A stretch of DNA of 41,794 nucleotides from Gammaproteobacteria bacterium (GCA_003646305.1 QNFJ01000001.1:1-41794), one strand, 5' to 3'; shown: positions 1 to 8,317, counted from the first letter of the stretch. Numbers and translations: made by a program. The notes: a model not told the origin generated them from the sequence alone.

Positions 1-1325
1 GCTTTGATTTTTTGGGCTTTCTCCTCAGGAACTGCCATGGTGCAGTTCTTCATGAATTTATCTGAGATTTCCTGCAGGGAAAGTGGGCTATCGGCACAAC
101 CCCGGTTTTTGTATTCACGCTGTTGGAGCGTGCGGCCATCTTTAAGTGTTATGCGAATCTCACCTGAATAATAGGTGGGGAAGCCAGAATCAGGATCAAC
201 TTCATAGCCGACCTTTTTTGCCAGGTCGGCAACGATGGGATCAGAAAGCGGCTCTGGTTCCAGGTCATCAAGACTAAAGTCATGGCGAACTAATGCCACG
301 GCCACCAAATAGGGGACGCTGAACTGGGCTTCATAAGCACAAGTGGGTGCCTGTTTGTTTTCAAGAGGTTCGCAGACGGTTTTAACGACCTCTTCAGGGA
401 CTAGCGCGGTGATACTTTCTATTTGCTCCGCAGTGAGCGCATATTGTTCTGTTAGTTTACGTGTGGCATCAATGACTGCGTGGGTAAAATGGCAGGAGGG
501 ATAGGGTTTGACGCCGACATTGATCACTTCCCACACCTCATTTAGTCCAGCGGTTGCGAGGCTATAATCACATTGTGGCTCAAGACCGATCAAGTGGCTT
601 TTGTAGAGGCCAAAGCGGCCATCATAAGGTTTCCTTGGGCCAATATAACCCGCCTTGGCAAAGGTAGCAGCCATAATGCCTGAAACAGCGGCCCATCCTG
701 GGTGATACCTTTTTGTCCAGGCGCCATCCTCGAGGAATTCAAAGTTTCCAGATGCCATGCTGAGCACGATGCCCTGAGCCATAATCATCTGCTCTTCAGT
801 CAATTTCATGAGTCGGGCGGCAACCAGGCTACAGGCAAAAGCACCGGCAATACCTGTCGGGTGATGCCCCACCTGATGAAAAGCACCTTTTGCAACCATG
901 CCTAAGCGAGCACCTACCTCCATTCCGACAATATAGGCGGCCAGCATCTCTTTGCCTGTTGCGTTGGTTTTTTCACCAACGGCCAGTACGCAAGGCCAGA
1001 TGGCTGATGTCATATGAACAACTCCGGCAACATGAGTGTCATCAAAATCGAGACCATGTATAAGCAAGCCATTGGCAAGAGCGGCATCGCGAAAGTTCAT
1101 GCGCTCTCCGGTCCCGAGAACAAAGTGCTCTCCAGGTTCGTTAAATAGGCGTAGCGCTTCCAGCCCCTTTTTACTAAAGTCATATTGGCTTGAGGCGTAA
1201 GCGATGCCGGTTCCGTCTAGAATCAGACTAAGAGCGTATTTTTGGACGGCGTCCGGCACGCTATTTAGATCTAATTTGGCGCTAAATTGGGCAAGTATTT
1301 TTGAGATGTTTTGTTCGGGGTTCAT
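1..1325 (-). CDS. MmgE/PrpD family protein (2-methylcitrate dehydratase superfamily); C-terminal end runs off the window
   Basis: Absent from the ORF track because no stop lies inside the window. The reverse complement from the ATG at 1325 reads MNPEQNISKILAQFSAKLDLNSVPDAVQKYALSLILDGTGIAYASS...NGLLIHGLDFDDTHVAGVVH...HQVGHHPTGIAGAFA...VKPYPSCHFTHA... and stays open to position 1. This is the typical MmgE/PrpD layout. Confidence 0.85.
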   Translation of the reverse strand, partial: MNPEQNISKILAQFSAKLDLNSVPDAVQKYALSLILDGTGIAYASSQYDFSKKGLEALRLFNEPGEHFVLGTGERMNFRDAALANGLLIHGLDFDDTHVAGVVHMTSAIWPCVLAVGEKTNATGKEMLAAYIVGMEVGARLGMVAKGAFHQVGHHPTGIAGAFACSLVAARLMKLTEEQMIMAQGIVLSMASGNFEFLEDGAWTKRYHPGWAAVSGIMAATFAKAGYIGPRKPYDGRFGLYKSHLIGLEPQCDYSLATAGLNEVWEVINVGVKPYPSCHFTHAVIDATRKLTEQYALTAEQIESITALVPEEVVKTVCEPLENKQAPTCAYEAQFSVPYLVAVALVRHDFSLDDLEPEPLSDPIVADLAKKVGYEVDPDSGFPTYYSGEIRITLKDGRTLQQREYKNRGCADSPLSLQEISDKFMKNCTMAVPEEKAQKIK

Positions 1326-1344
1326 AGCTTGTTTATCTTTTTAA

Positions 1345-1381
1345 AAATTTATTGTGAATTTGAAATTATCACAATAAATTT
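1345..1381. promoter_or_regulatory. Perfect 13-bp inverted repeat AAATTTATTGTGA-N11-TCACAATAAATTT in the divergent promoter region; candidate operator
   Basis: Read directly: 1345-1357 is the reverse complement of 1369-1381. It lies between the divergent PrpD-like gene (start 1325) and the ACAD operon (start 1486). Confidence 0.4.
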
Positions 1382-1389
1382 AAAATGTC

Positions 1390-1418
1390 TTGCCTAACCT
1401 AACAAATGTTAGTAATTT
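1390..1418 (+). promoter_or_regulatory. Candidate sigma70 promoter TTGCCT-N17-TAATTT with palindrome CTAACAaaTGTTAG (1399-1412) in the spacer
   Basis: The hexamers and the 17-nt spacing were read directly, about 70 nt upstream of the GTG at 1486. The 6+2+6 palindrome fills the spacer. The -10 match is weak. Confidence 0.3.
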
Positions 1419-1485
1419 ATATTCCATTACCTCTATTTGACCTTTGTTTAGAACGTTTTTGTGAATTTAAGTTAGGAGCACAGAT

Positions 1486-2640
1486 GTGGATTTTTCTTTA
1501 ACCGAAGAGCAGTTGGCCATTCAGGAAAGCGCCAGACGTTTTGCTGAAGACAAGTTACTTCCCGAGTATCAGAATAATGACAAGAAGCATTGTTTTGATA
1601 AGGTGATGCTGAAAGAGATGGGTGAGCTGGGCTTGATCGGCAGCGAGCTTTCGGAGCGGTATGGTGGTTTAGGTCTAGGTTATGTGACAGCGGGTTTGAT
1701 CACCGAAGAGATTGCCCGAGCCGACTTTAATGTGGCCTATGTGCAGATCCTCGCTGGCCTGAACGGGGGGATTATTGAAAAGTTTGCGGCGCCTCATTTA
1801 GCGGAGGAGTGGATTCCAAAAATCATTAGCGGTGAGGCGCTTGTTGCGATCGCTTTGACGGAACCGAGTGCGGGATCTGATGCGGGAAATCTAAAACTGA
1901 AAGCCAAAAGGAAGGGGGATGTGTTCGTTCTTGATGGTGAGAAAACCTCGATTTCAGCTGCTGCTCAAGCGGATGTGGCGGTTGTTTTTGCTCGAACGGG
2001 TACACAGGAAGAAAAAGCGAGAGGGGTGAGTGCCTTTCTGGTGCCTTTAGATCATCCCAACATTACGCGTACTCATTTTGATGACCTTGGTGAGTCGATT
2101 GTTGGGCGCGGCTCAATCTTTTTCGATGGTGTCGAAGTACCGGCCGAGAATATGCTTGGAGAAGAGGGACTCGGTTTTATTCAGGTGATGCAGGGTTTTG
2201 ATTATAGCCGTGCCTTAATTGGTATTGAGTGTTTGGCGGCAGCGAAGAAATCGGTTGAAGAGGCCTGGGAACAGATTCGCCAACGTGAAGCATTTGGTAA
2301 AAAGATCTCAAAGTTTGAAGGTGCTAGCTTTCCTTTGGCCGAAGCGGAGACTTTTATCGAGGCGGCAAAACTGCTGTGTTACAAAACACTCTGGTTAAGA
2401 GATCAAGGTAAACCTCATACTGCCGAAGCGGCAATGTGCAAATGGTGGGCACCAAAAATTTCATTCGAGATTATTCATAATTGTTTGTTAGCGCATGGCC
2501 ACGGTGGCTACAGTAAAGAGTATCCGATCCAGCAGCGGCTACGTGATGTGCTTGGCTTGCAGATTGGTGATGGCACTTCACAAATCCAGAAGATTGTCAT
2601 TGCCAGAGAGAAAATTGGCCGTGATGGCGTTCCCTATTAA
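1486..2640 (+). CDS. acyl-CoA dehydrogenase family protein
   Basis: 384 aa with a GTG start downstream of TAGGAG. ACAD hallmarks are present (ALTEPSAGSDAG; C-terminal LGLQIGDGTSQIQKIVIAR). Asp sits where MCAD-type enzymes have the catalytic Glu (I-Y-E-G-T versus I-G-D-G-T). Confidence 0.9.
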   Translation: MDFSLTEEQLAIQESARRFAEDKLLPEYQNNDKKHCFDKVMLKEMGELGLIGSELSERYGGLGLGYVTAGLITEEIARADFNVAYVQILAGLNGGIIEKFAAPHLAEEWIPKIISGEALVAIALTEPSAGSDAGNLKLKAKRKGDVFVLDGEKTSISAAAQADVAVVFARTGTQEEKARGVSAFLVPLDHPNITRTHFDDLGESIVGRGSIFFDGVEVPAENMLGEEGLGFIQVMQGFDYSRALIGIECLAAAKKSVEEAWEQIRQREAFGKKISKFEGASFPLAEAETFIEAAKLLCYKTLWLRDQGKPHTAEAAMCKWWAPKISFEIIHNCLLAHGHGGYSKEYPIQQRLRDVLGLQIGDGTSQIQKIVIAREKIGRDGVPY

Positions 2641-2655
2641 AGAAGGTATCAGAGC

Positions 2656-3447
2656 ATGAGCGATAAAATTGTTATCTCATCGATAGAGGGAAATGTCGGT
2701 CTGATTATCATCAATCGAGCCGACAAATTTAATTGTCTTTCAATGGCCGTGCATCAGGCTTTGCAAGATGCACTACAGGCGCATGAAAGTAATTCGGAAG
2801 TGAGAGCGGTTTTACTTTGTTCGGAAGGTGATCACTTTTGTACCGGAGCAGATCTTGATGAGGTGCATGGCAAGATAGCGGCTAAAGACGATGCTGTGCT
2901 TAGAGAATTTATCGAACTGGGACATAAAACCTGTCGTGATTTTGAACAGACTAGTTTGCCAGTTGTTGGCGCTATTCAGGGGTTCTGTTTAGCGGGTGGG
3001 TTAGAGATATCACTCGGCTGTGATCTGTTGTTTGCTGCGGATGATGCGCTATTCGGTGATCAGCATGCCAACTATGGGTTGATACCTGGGTGGGGAGGAA
3101 GTCAAAGGCTTACTCGAATTATCGGTTTTCGTCGTGCGCTTGATCTGATGTTGTCAGGTCGCCGATTAAAAGCAAAAGAGGCTCAGGAATGGGGAATGGT
3201 TAATTATCTAGCACCTGCTGAATCGCTTAGGGAAGAGGCGCTTAAATATTGTCATCTGCTGGCATCAAAAAGTTCCGGCGGGCTTTCAATGATGAAAGCG
3301 CTCGCCTATCAAGGAAGTGATTTGAGCCTTGATGACGCTTTGCGACTGGAGGTCAACGAGGCGATTAAGGGGCTGCAAAGTGAAGATGTGGGAGAAGGGC
3401 TTGCTGCATTTGGAGAGCGCCGGGAACCTGTCTTCAGATCCCGATAA
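2656..3447 (+). CDS. crotonase-fold protein (enoyl-CoA hydratase/isomerase family) with atypical active site
   Basis: 263 aa. Crotonase motifs are present (FCTGADLDE, GFCLAGGLEISLGCD, GLIPGWGGSQRL). The first catalytic Glu is present (GGLEIS). The second aligns with His (FGDQHANYG versus FGQPEILLG of rat ECH). Confidence 0.85.
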   Translation: MSDKIVISSIEGNVGLIIINRADKFNCLSMAVHQALQDALQAHESNSEVRAVLLCSEGDHFCTGADLDEVHGKIAAKDDAVLREFIELGHKTCRDFEQTSLPVVGAIQGFCLAGGLEISLGCDLLFAADDALFGDQHANYGLIPGWGGSQRLTRIIGFRRALDLMLSGRRLKAKEAQEWGMVNYLAPAESLREEALKYCHLLASKSSGGLSMMKALAYQGSDLSLDDALRLEVNEAIKGLQSEDVGEGLAAFGERREPVFRSR

Positions 3448-3493
3448 ACAGATTTAAATAACGAATTAATATTTAGCCGAGAAGGGAAAAATA

Positions 3494-4276
3494 ATGAACT
3501 ACGAAGATATTACCTATGAAGTAAAAAATGGAGCAGCTTACGTCACCATTAACCGTCCAAAAGTATTTAATGCTTTTAGAGGGATTACCTGTGAAGAGCT
3601 AATTCATGCGCTGACTAAAGCCGCATGGGACAAAAGTGTTGGTGTGATTGTTCTGGCGGGAGCGGGTGATAAAGCATTCTGTACAGGTGGAGATCAAAGT
3701 GCACATGACGGTCAATATGACGGGCGAGGGATTGTTGGCCTGCCTGTTGAAGAGCTGCAAACAATTCTTCGTGATGCGCCTAAACCAGTTATTGCGATGG
3801 TACAAGGTTATGCCATTGGTGGGGGCAATGTGCTGGCGACGATCTGTGATATGACGATCGCCTCAGAAAGAGCCGTTTTTGGCCAGGTGGGCCCTAAAGT
3901 TGGCTCTGTTGATCCGGGTCATGGAACCGCTTATCTTGCCCGCGTGGTTGGGGAGAAAAAAGCACGTGAAATCTGGTACATGTGCCGTAAATATTCTGCA
4001 CAGGAAGCGCTTGAGATGGGGTTGGTTAACAAGGTTGTTCCACATGAAGAGCTTGCTGATGAAGTACAGAAGTGGTGTGATGAAATCATGGATAAAAGCC
4101 CAACAGCACTAGCGATTGCCAAGCGCTCTTTTAATGCCGATACAGAAAGTATCAGAGGAATTTCCGCGTTGGGTATGCAGACATTGCAGCTTTATTACAA
4201 TACAGAAGAGTCTCAGGAAGGGGTTAAGGCGTTTAATGAAAAGCGTAAACCTGATTTCCGCCAGCATGTTAAATAA
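3494..4276 (+). CDS. MenB/BadI-family crotonase, best read as a BadI-like 2-ketocyclohexanecarboxyl-CoA-type (beta-ketoacyl-CoA) hydrolase
   Basis: 260 aa. It carries FCTGGDQSAHDGQYDGRG (the short BadI-like version of the MenB GGDQ loop), GYAIGGGNVLATICD, GPKVGSVDPGHGTAYLARVVG and the C-terminal KAFNEKRKPDF. There are no menaquinone genes nearby, and it follows an ACAD and a crotonase. Confidence 0.72.
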   Translation: MNYEDITYEVKNGAAYVTINRPKVFNAFRGITCEELIHALTKAAWDKSVGVIVLAGAGDKAFCTGGDQSAHDGQYDGRGIVGLPVEELQTILRDAPKPVIAMVQGYAIGGGNVLATICDMTIASERAVFGQVGPKVGSVDPGHGTAYLARVVGEKKAREIWYMCRKYSAQEALEMGLVNKVVPHEELADEVQKWCDEIMDKSPTALAIAKRSFNADTESIRGISALGMQTLQLYYNTEESQEGVKAFNEKRKPDFRQHVK

Positions 4277-4296
4277 CGTTTAATCGAGATAAACCT

Positions 4297-4884
4297 ATGC
4301 CAGAATCAGGAATTTACGCCATCGATGGGGTTGTCCCAGTTATTCATCCGTCCGCCTTTGTTGACGAAAATGCCACGATTATTGGTGATGTCATTATCGG
4401 ACCAGACTGCTATATCGGTCCTAATGCTTGTCTGAGGGGTGATATGGCCACCATTGAAGTCGGAGCGGGTTCTAATATTCAGGATAACTGCACACTGCAT
4501 TGTATGCCCGGTTTGCCGACAATTATTGGAGAGTGGGGGCACCTTGGTCATGGTGCGGTGGTTCATAGTGCTCGGCTAGCAAAGAATGTCCTGGTTGGTA
4601 TGAATGCTGTTGTGATGGATCAGTCTTTTATCGGTGAGAATAGCGTTGTTGCTGCAATGGCGTTTGTAAAAGTCGGAATGCAAGTGCCAGAAAATACGCT
4701 GGTTGCAGGAACACCTGCACGTATCATTCGGCAGTTGACGGAACAGGAAATTGAAGGAAAACGAGACGGGACACGCTGTTATCACCAGTTAGTGAGCCGT
4801 TGTAAAGACTCTTTAAAGCGGGTCACGCCGCGGACTGAAAAAGAGGTGGGTCGCCCAGAGTTAAAAGTTAAACCGTTAGGATGA
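4297..4884 (+). CDS. gamma-carbonic-anhydrase-like hexapeptide-repeat protein (PaaY/CaiE/YrdA family)
   Basis: 195 aa. Left-handed beta-helix hexapeptide repeats are visible (IIGDVIIGPDCYIGPNACL...). The His triad spacing is retained (H68 in TLH, H85 and H90 in LGHGAVVH). Confidence 0.8.
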   Translation: MPESGIYAIDGVVPVIHPSAFVDENATIIGDVIIGPDCYIGPNACLRGDMATIEVGAGSNIQDNCTLHCMPGLPTIIGEWGHLGHGAVVHSARLAKNVLVGMNAVVMDQSFIGENSVVAAMAFVKVGMQVPENTLVAGTPARIIRQLTEQEIEGKRDGTRCYHQLVSRCKDSLKRVTPRTEKEVGRPELKVKPLG

Positions 4885-4942
4885 ATTTAAGTGAAGCGGT
4901 TGAAAGTATTGTTTTGTTTAAAATTTAGATTAAGAGGAAATC

Positions 4943-6139
4943 ATGGATTTAAATTACACTCCAGAAGAAAAAGCATTTCAATTAGAAGTGCGTAGCTTCT
5001 TAAAGGAAAGCTACCCGAAAGAGCTCCAGGATAAAGTTTCAAAAGGGATTGCGCTCAAAAAAGAGGATTATGTCCGTTGGCAGAAAATTCTTGCTAAGCA
5101 GGGTTGGGTTGCACCTGGCTGGCCGGAAAAATTTGGTGGCCCCGGCTGGAGTCCTGTTCAGAAATATATCTTTGATGAGGAGTGTGGTACTGCGAACTGC
5201 TTGAGGACGGTTGCTTTTGGTCTGGTGATGTTGGCGCCTGTCTTAATGGAATTTGGAACAGACGAGCAGCGTGAAAAGTATTTATCAGACATCTATAACA
5301 GTGATGTTTGGTGGTGCCAGGGTTATTCGGAACCCAACTCAGGTTCAGATTTGGCCTCTTTGCAGACGCGGGCAGAAAAGCAGGGTGACCACTATATCGT
5401 CAATGGCTCTAAAACATGGACAACCCATGGTCATTACGCCGATAAGATGTTTGCACTGGTTCGAACCAGCAAAGAAGATCGGAAACAAAAAGGGATCAGC
5501 TTCCTAATGCTCGATATGAAGGCGCCCGGTGTTACAGTCGACCCGATTATTACGGTTGACGGAATGCATGTGGTCAATCAGGTCTTTCTTGATAATGTAA
5601 AAGTACCGGTTGAAAACCTGGTCGGGGTAGAAGGGGAAGGCTGGACGATTGCAAAGTATTTGTTACAGCACGAACGAACTTATATTGCCCAGGTGCCACG
5701 TTCTAAAAAGCAGATTGAGCGCTTGAAGGTATTGGCAGGAAAAGAGCTGCACAATGGTAAATCGTTATTGGAAGATGATCGCTTTCGCGCAAAAATTGCT
5801 GAAATTGAGATTGAGTTATTGGCATTAGAAATGACCAGTTTGCGGATTCTATCCAAAATGTCAGCAGGGCAGCCTCCAGGGTCTGCCTCATCGCTACTTA
5901 AAGTCAAAGGAACAGAAGTACAGCAGGCGATTACGGCTCTACTAATGGAAGCGACAGGTTACTACGGTTTTCCTTACTTCAAAGAGGTCCTTAAAGAGGG
6001 CTGGAATGAAGAGGCAGTAGGGCCTGAAGAGGCAACCTTCCTCGCCCCACATTACTTCGACTGGCGTAAATCTTCTATTTACGGTGGCTCGAATGAAATT
6101 CAGAAAAATATTATGGCGAAAGCTGTATTGGGACTTTAA
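4943..6139 (+). CDS. acyl-CoA dehydrogenase family protein (putative catalytic subunit of a heteromeric pair)
   Basis: 398 aa with YSEPNSGSDLAS and the C-terminal SSIYGGSNEIQKNIMAKAVLGL. The MCAD-type Glu position is Gly, but an IVD/LCAD-type helix-G Glu is present (LLQHERT). Confidence 0.9.
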   Translation: MDLNYTPEEKAFQLEVRSFLKESYPKELQDKVSKGIALKKEDYVRWQKILAKQGWVAPGWPEKFGGPGWSPVQKYIFDEECGTANCLRTVAFGLVMLAPVLMEFGTDEQREKYLSDIYNSDVWWCQGYSEPNSGSDLASLQTRAEKQGDHYIVNGSKTWTTHGHYADKMFALVRTSKEDRKQKGISFLMLDMKAPGVTVDPIITVDGMHVVNQVFLDNVKVPVENLVGVEGEGWTIAKYLLQHERTYIAQVPRSKKQIERLKVLAGKELHNGKSLLEDDRFRAKIAEIEIELLALEMTSLRILSKMSAGQPPGSASSLLKVKGTEVQQAITALLMEATGYYGFPYFKEVLKEGWNEEAVGPEEATFLAPHYFDWRKSSIYGGSNEIQKNIMAKAVLGL

Positions 6140-6151
6140 GGGAGAACGGGA

Positions 6152-7282
6152 ATGAATCTTGAATTCACAGAAGAACAGGTTATGTTGCAGGATGCATTAA
6201 ACAAATACCTTGAAAAAGAATACAGCTTTGAGCAGCGGCAGAAGTTGAGCCGCAATGGCGTCGGTTATAGTGAAGAGAACTGGCAAAATTTTGCCGATAT
6301 GGGATTGTTGGGTGTTCCTTTTGATGAGCAATATGGCGGTTTTGGGTTTGGTGCAACAGGCCTGATCGTCGTCATGGAAGCGATTGGTAAAGGGCTGGTT
6401 GTTGAACCTTACCTTGCCTCTGTTGTTCTCGGTGGTCAGCTTATTCAACAAGCCGGTAGTGAGGTGCAAAAAGAGGCGTTGATTCCGCAATTGATTGCAG
6501 GTGAGTTGAAACTGGCTTTTGCTTATGTCGAGAGAAATTCTCGTTTTAACCTTGCGGATGTGGCCTTTAAAGCAGAAAAAGAGGGAGATGGTTTCCGTTT
6601 AAGCGGCAAAAAATCGGTGGTTTTCAATGCAGAGACAGCCGATAAAATTATCGTTTCAGCTCGAACAGCAGGAGATCAGACCAGTAAAGAAGGGATTTCT
6701 CTTTTTATTGTTGATAAAGGGGCAGTCGGTCTCTCTAGCAGAGACTATGAAACGGTTGATGGTTTGCGCGCATCTGAACTCGATTTTGATGGCGTGATTG
6801 TAGGGGCTGATGCATTAATTGGCTCATTAAATGAGGCCTATCCTGTTATTGAAAGTGTGATTGATTTTGCATCAGCCGCTATTTGTGCGGAGAGCGTTGG
6901 GGTGATCACGCAGCTTCGTGAGAAAACAGTTGAGTACCTGAAAACCAGAAAGCAGTTTGGTCAGCCTATTGGTGCTTTTCAGGTCCTACAGCACCGCACG
7001 GTTGATATGTTTATGGTAGAAGAGCAGATGCGTTCTTTAGCCTATTTAGCCGCAATTCGTGTGACTGATGGAACAGCGGAAGAGCGCCTCAAGAGTGTTT
7101 CTGCAGCCAAGGTCTATCTGGGTGATGCGCGCCCAATCGTCGGTGAACAATCTGCACAGTTACATGGTGGTATTGGGGTTACGGATGAACTGGATGTGGC
7201 CCATTACGTTAAGCGTTTAACGATGCTGAATGTGCTCTTTGGTGATCGCGATCACCATATGCAGCGCTTTTGCCAAAGCTGA
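6152..7282 (+). CDS. acyl-CoA dehydrogenase-like protein lacking a recognisable catalytic base (putative non-catalytic partner subunit)
   Basis: 376 aa, starting 12 nt after the preceding ACAD. The ACAD fold is recognisable throughout. The helix-G position reads VIDFASAAI (no Glu) and the C-terminal position reads LFGDRDHH (no Glu). Confidence 0.85.
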   Translation: MNLEFTEEQVMLQDALNKYLEKEYSFEQRQKLSRNGVGYSEENWQNFADMGLLGVPFDEQYGGFGFGATGLIVVMEAIGKGLVVEPYLASVVLGGQLIQQAGSEVQKEALIPQLIAGELKLAFAYVERNSRFNLADVAFKAEKEGDGFRLSGKKSVVFNAETADKIIVSARTAGDQTSKEGISLFIVDKGAVGLSSRDYETVDGLRASELDFDGVIVGADALIGSLNEAYPVIESVIDFASAAICAESVGVITQLREKTVEYLKTRKQFGQPIGAFQVLQHRTVDMFMVEEQMRSLAYLAAIRVTDGTAEERLKSVSAAKVYLGDARPIVGEQSAQLHGGIGVTDELDVAHYVKRLTMLNVLFGDRDHHMQRFCQS

Positions 7283-7294
7283 TCGGCTAAGCAG

Positions 7295-8317
7295 ATGTCT
7301 AAAACGGAAAAATTAAGTTATCCGTTTGCGGAAAAGCCATCATTTGGTGGTTTGCTCGAAGTTTCGGAAGGACTGTTCTGGCTGCGGGTACCTATTCCGT
7401 TTGCGCTTGACCACATCAATCTCTGGTTATTGCGTGATGGTGATGGTTGGACAATCATTGATACGGGCTTTTTTAGCGCAGAAGTCGCGACAATCTGGGA
7501 ACGGCTGCTAGAAGAATTTTGTGCAGGCGCACCGATTAAAAAAATTGTGGTGACGCACTTTCATCCCGACCACGTTGGTATGGCGAGCTGGTTGGTTGAG
7601 CGAACCGGAGCAGAGCTGTGGATGAGCGAGCGTGAATTCCTGACCGTTCATCGTGTATGTCAGCCCTATTCTGAACGTGAGATTACGGTGAGGGCTATCT
7701 TCTTCGAGCGTTTTGGGCTAAATGAAAAGCAGCTTGCCAGTGTCGTTAACGCGAGAAGTAGTGATGTTGAGGGGCTTCCGGAAGCCCCGGTCTCATACCG
7801 CCGATTGGTCGGTGGACAAACGTTATCGATAAATGGTGAGAACTGGAACTTGTTCAGTTTCGCAGGCCATAGTCCTGAGCATATTTGTCTGCACAATGCG
7901 GAGCGTAATTTGCTGATCTCGGGGGACCAGGTGTTGCCATCAATCTCTCCGAATATTAGTGTCACCTTTTACGAGCCACAGGCAAATCCGTTAGCGGAGT
8001 ATCTGAACAGTTTATCGAGGCTATCCGAGCTGAATGAAGAGACACTGGTGCTACCGTCACATGGTTCTGTATTCCAGGGTCTTCATCGGAGGATTGATCA
8101 GCTTGAGGCCGGACATCAAAAGCAGCTGGACAGGCTTTTGGAGTTTTGTAGGCAACCGCGTGATGGTAAAGAGGCGCTGGAAGCGATGTTTGGTAACCGC
8201 TTAAGTGCATTCAATTTGAGTCTGGGGGTTGGTGAGGCCCAGGCACACCTGAATTATTTAGTGGCCAAGCGTGAGCTAAAACAAAATGATGAGTTTATTC
8301 CACATTACCAGCGATAG
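7295..8317 (+). CDS. MBL-fold metallo-hydrolase
   Basis: 340 aa with the HxHxDH motif in VVTHFHPDHVG and downstream GHSPEH and PSHG. Confidence 0.85.
   Translation: MSKTEKLSYPFAEKPSFGGLLEVSEGLFWLRVPIPFALDHINLWLLRDGDGWTIIDTGFFSAEVATIWERLLEEFCAGAPIKKIVVTHFHPDHVGMASWLVERTGAELWMSEREFLTVHRVCQPYSEREITVRAIFFERFGLNEKQLASVVNARSSDVEGLPEAPVSYRRLVGGQTLSINGENWNLFSFAGHSPEHICLHNAERNLLISGDQVLPSISPNISVTFYEPQANPLAEYLNSLSRLSELNEETLVLPSHGSVFQGLHRRIDQLEAGHQKQLDRLLEFCRQPRDGKEALEAMFGNRLSAFNLSLGVGEAQAHLNYLVAKRELKQNDEFIPHYQR

Noticed and set aside
1353-1373. CRP binding site (TGTGA...TCACA)
   Set aside because: The spacer between the pentamers is 11 nt, not the 6 nt of the CRP consensus. I kept it only as an unassigned inverted repeat.
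3599-4122. Cluster of 60-77-aa ORFs on both strands inside the BadI-like gene (3599..3805, 3648..3854, 3863..4045, 3879..4112, 3931..4122)
   Set aside because: All of them are nested in or antisense to a 260-aa ORF with strong family motifs. They show low-complexity or odd composition, have no RBS context and resemble nothing I recognise. They are frame artefacts.
3494-4276. Annotation as MenB (1,4-dihydroxy-2-naphthoyl-CoA synthase, menaquinone biosynthesis)
   Set aside because: The protein has the shorter BadI-like loop after GGDQ and is 260 aa (about the BadI length as I recall it, shorter than MenB). It sits in an acyl-CoA catabolic operon with no men genes. It still needs phylogenetic confirmation.
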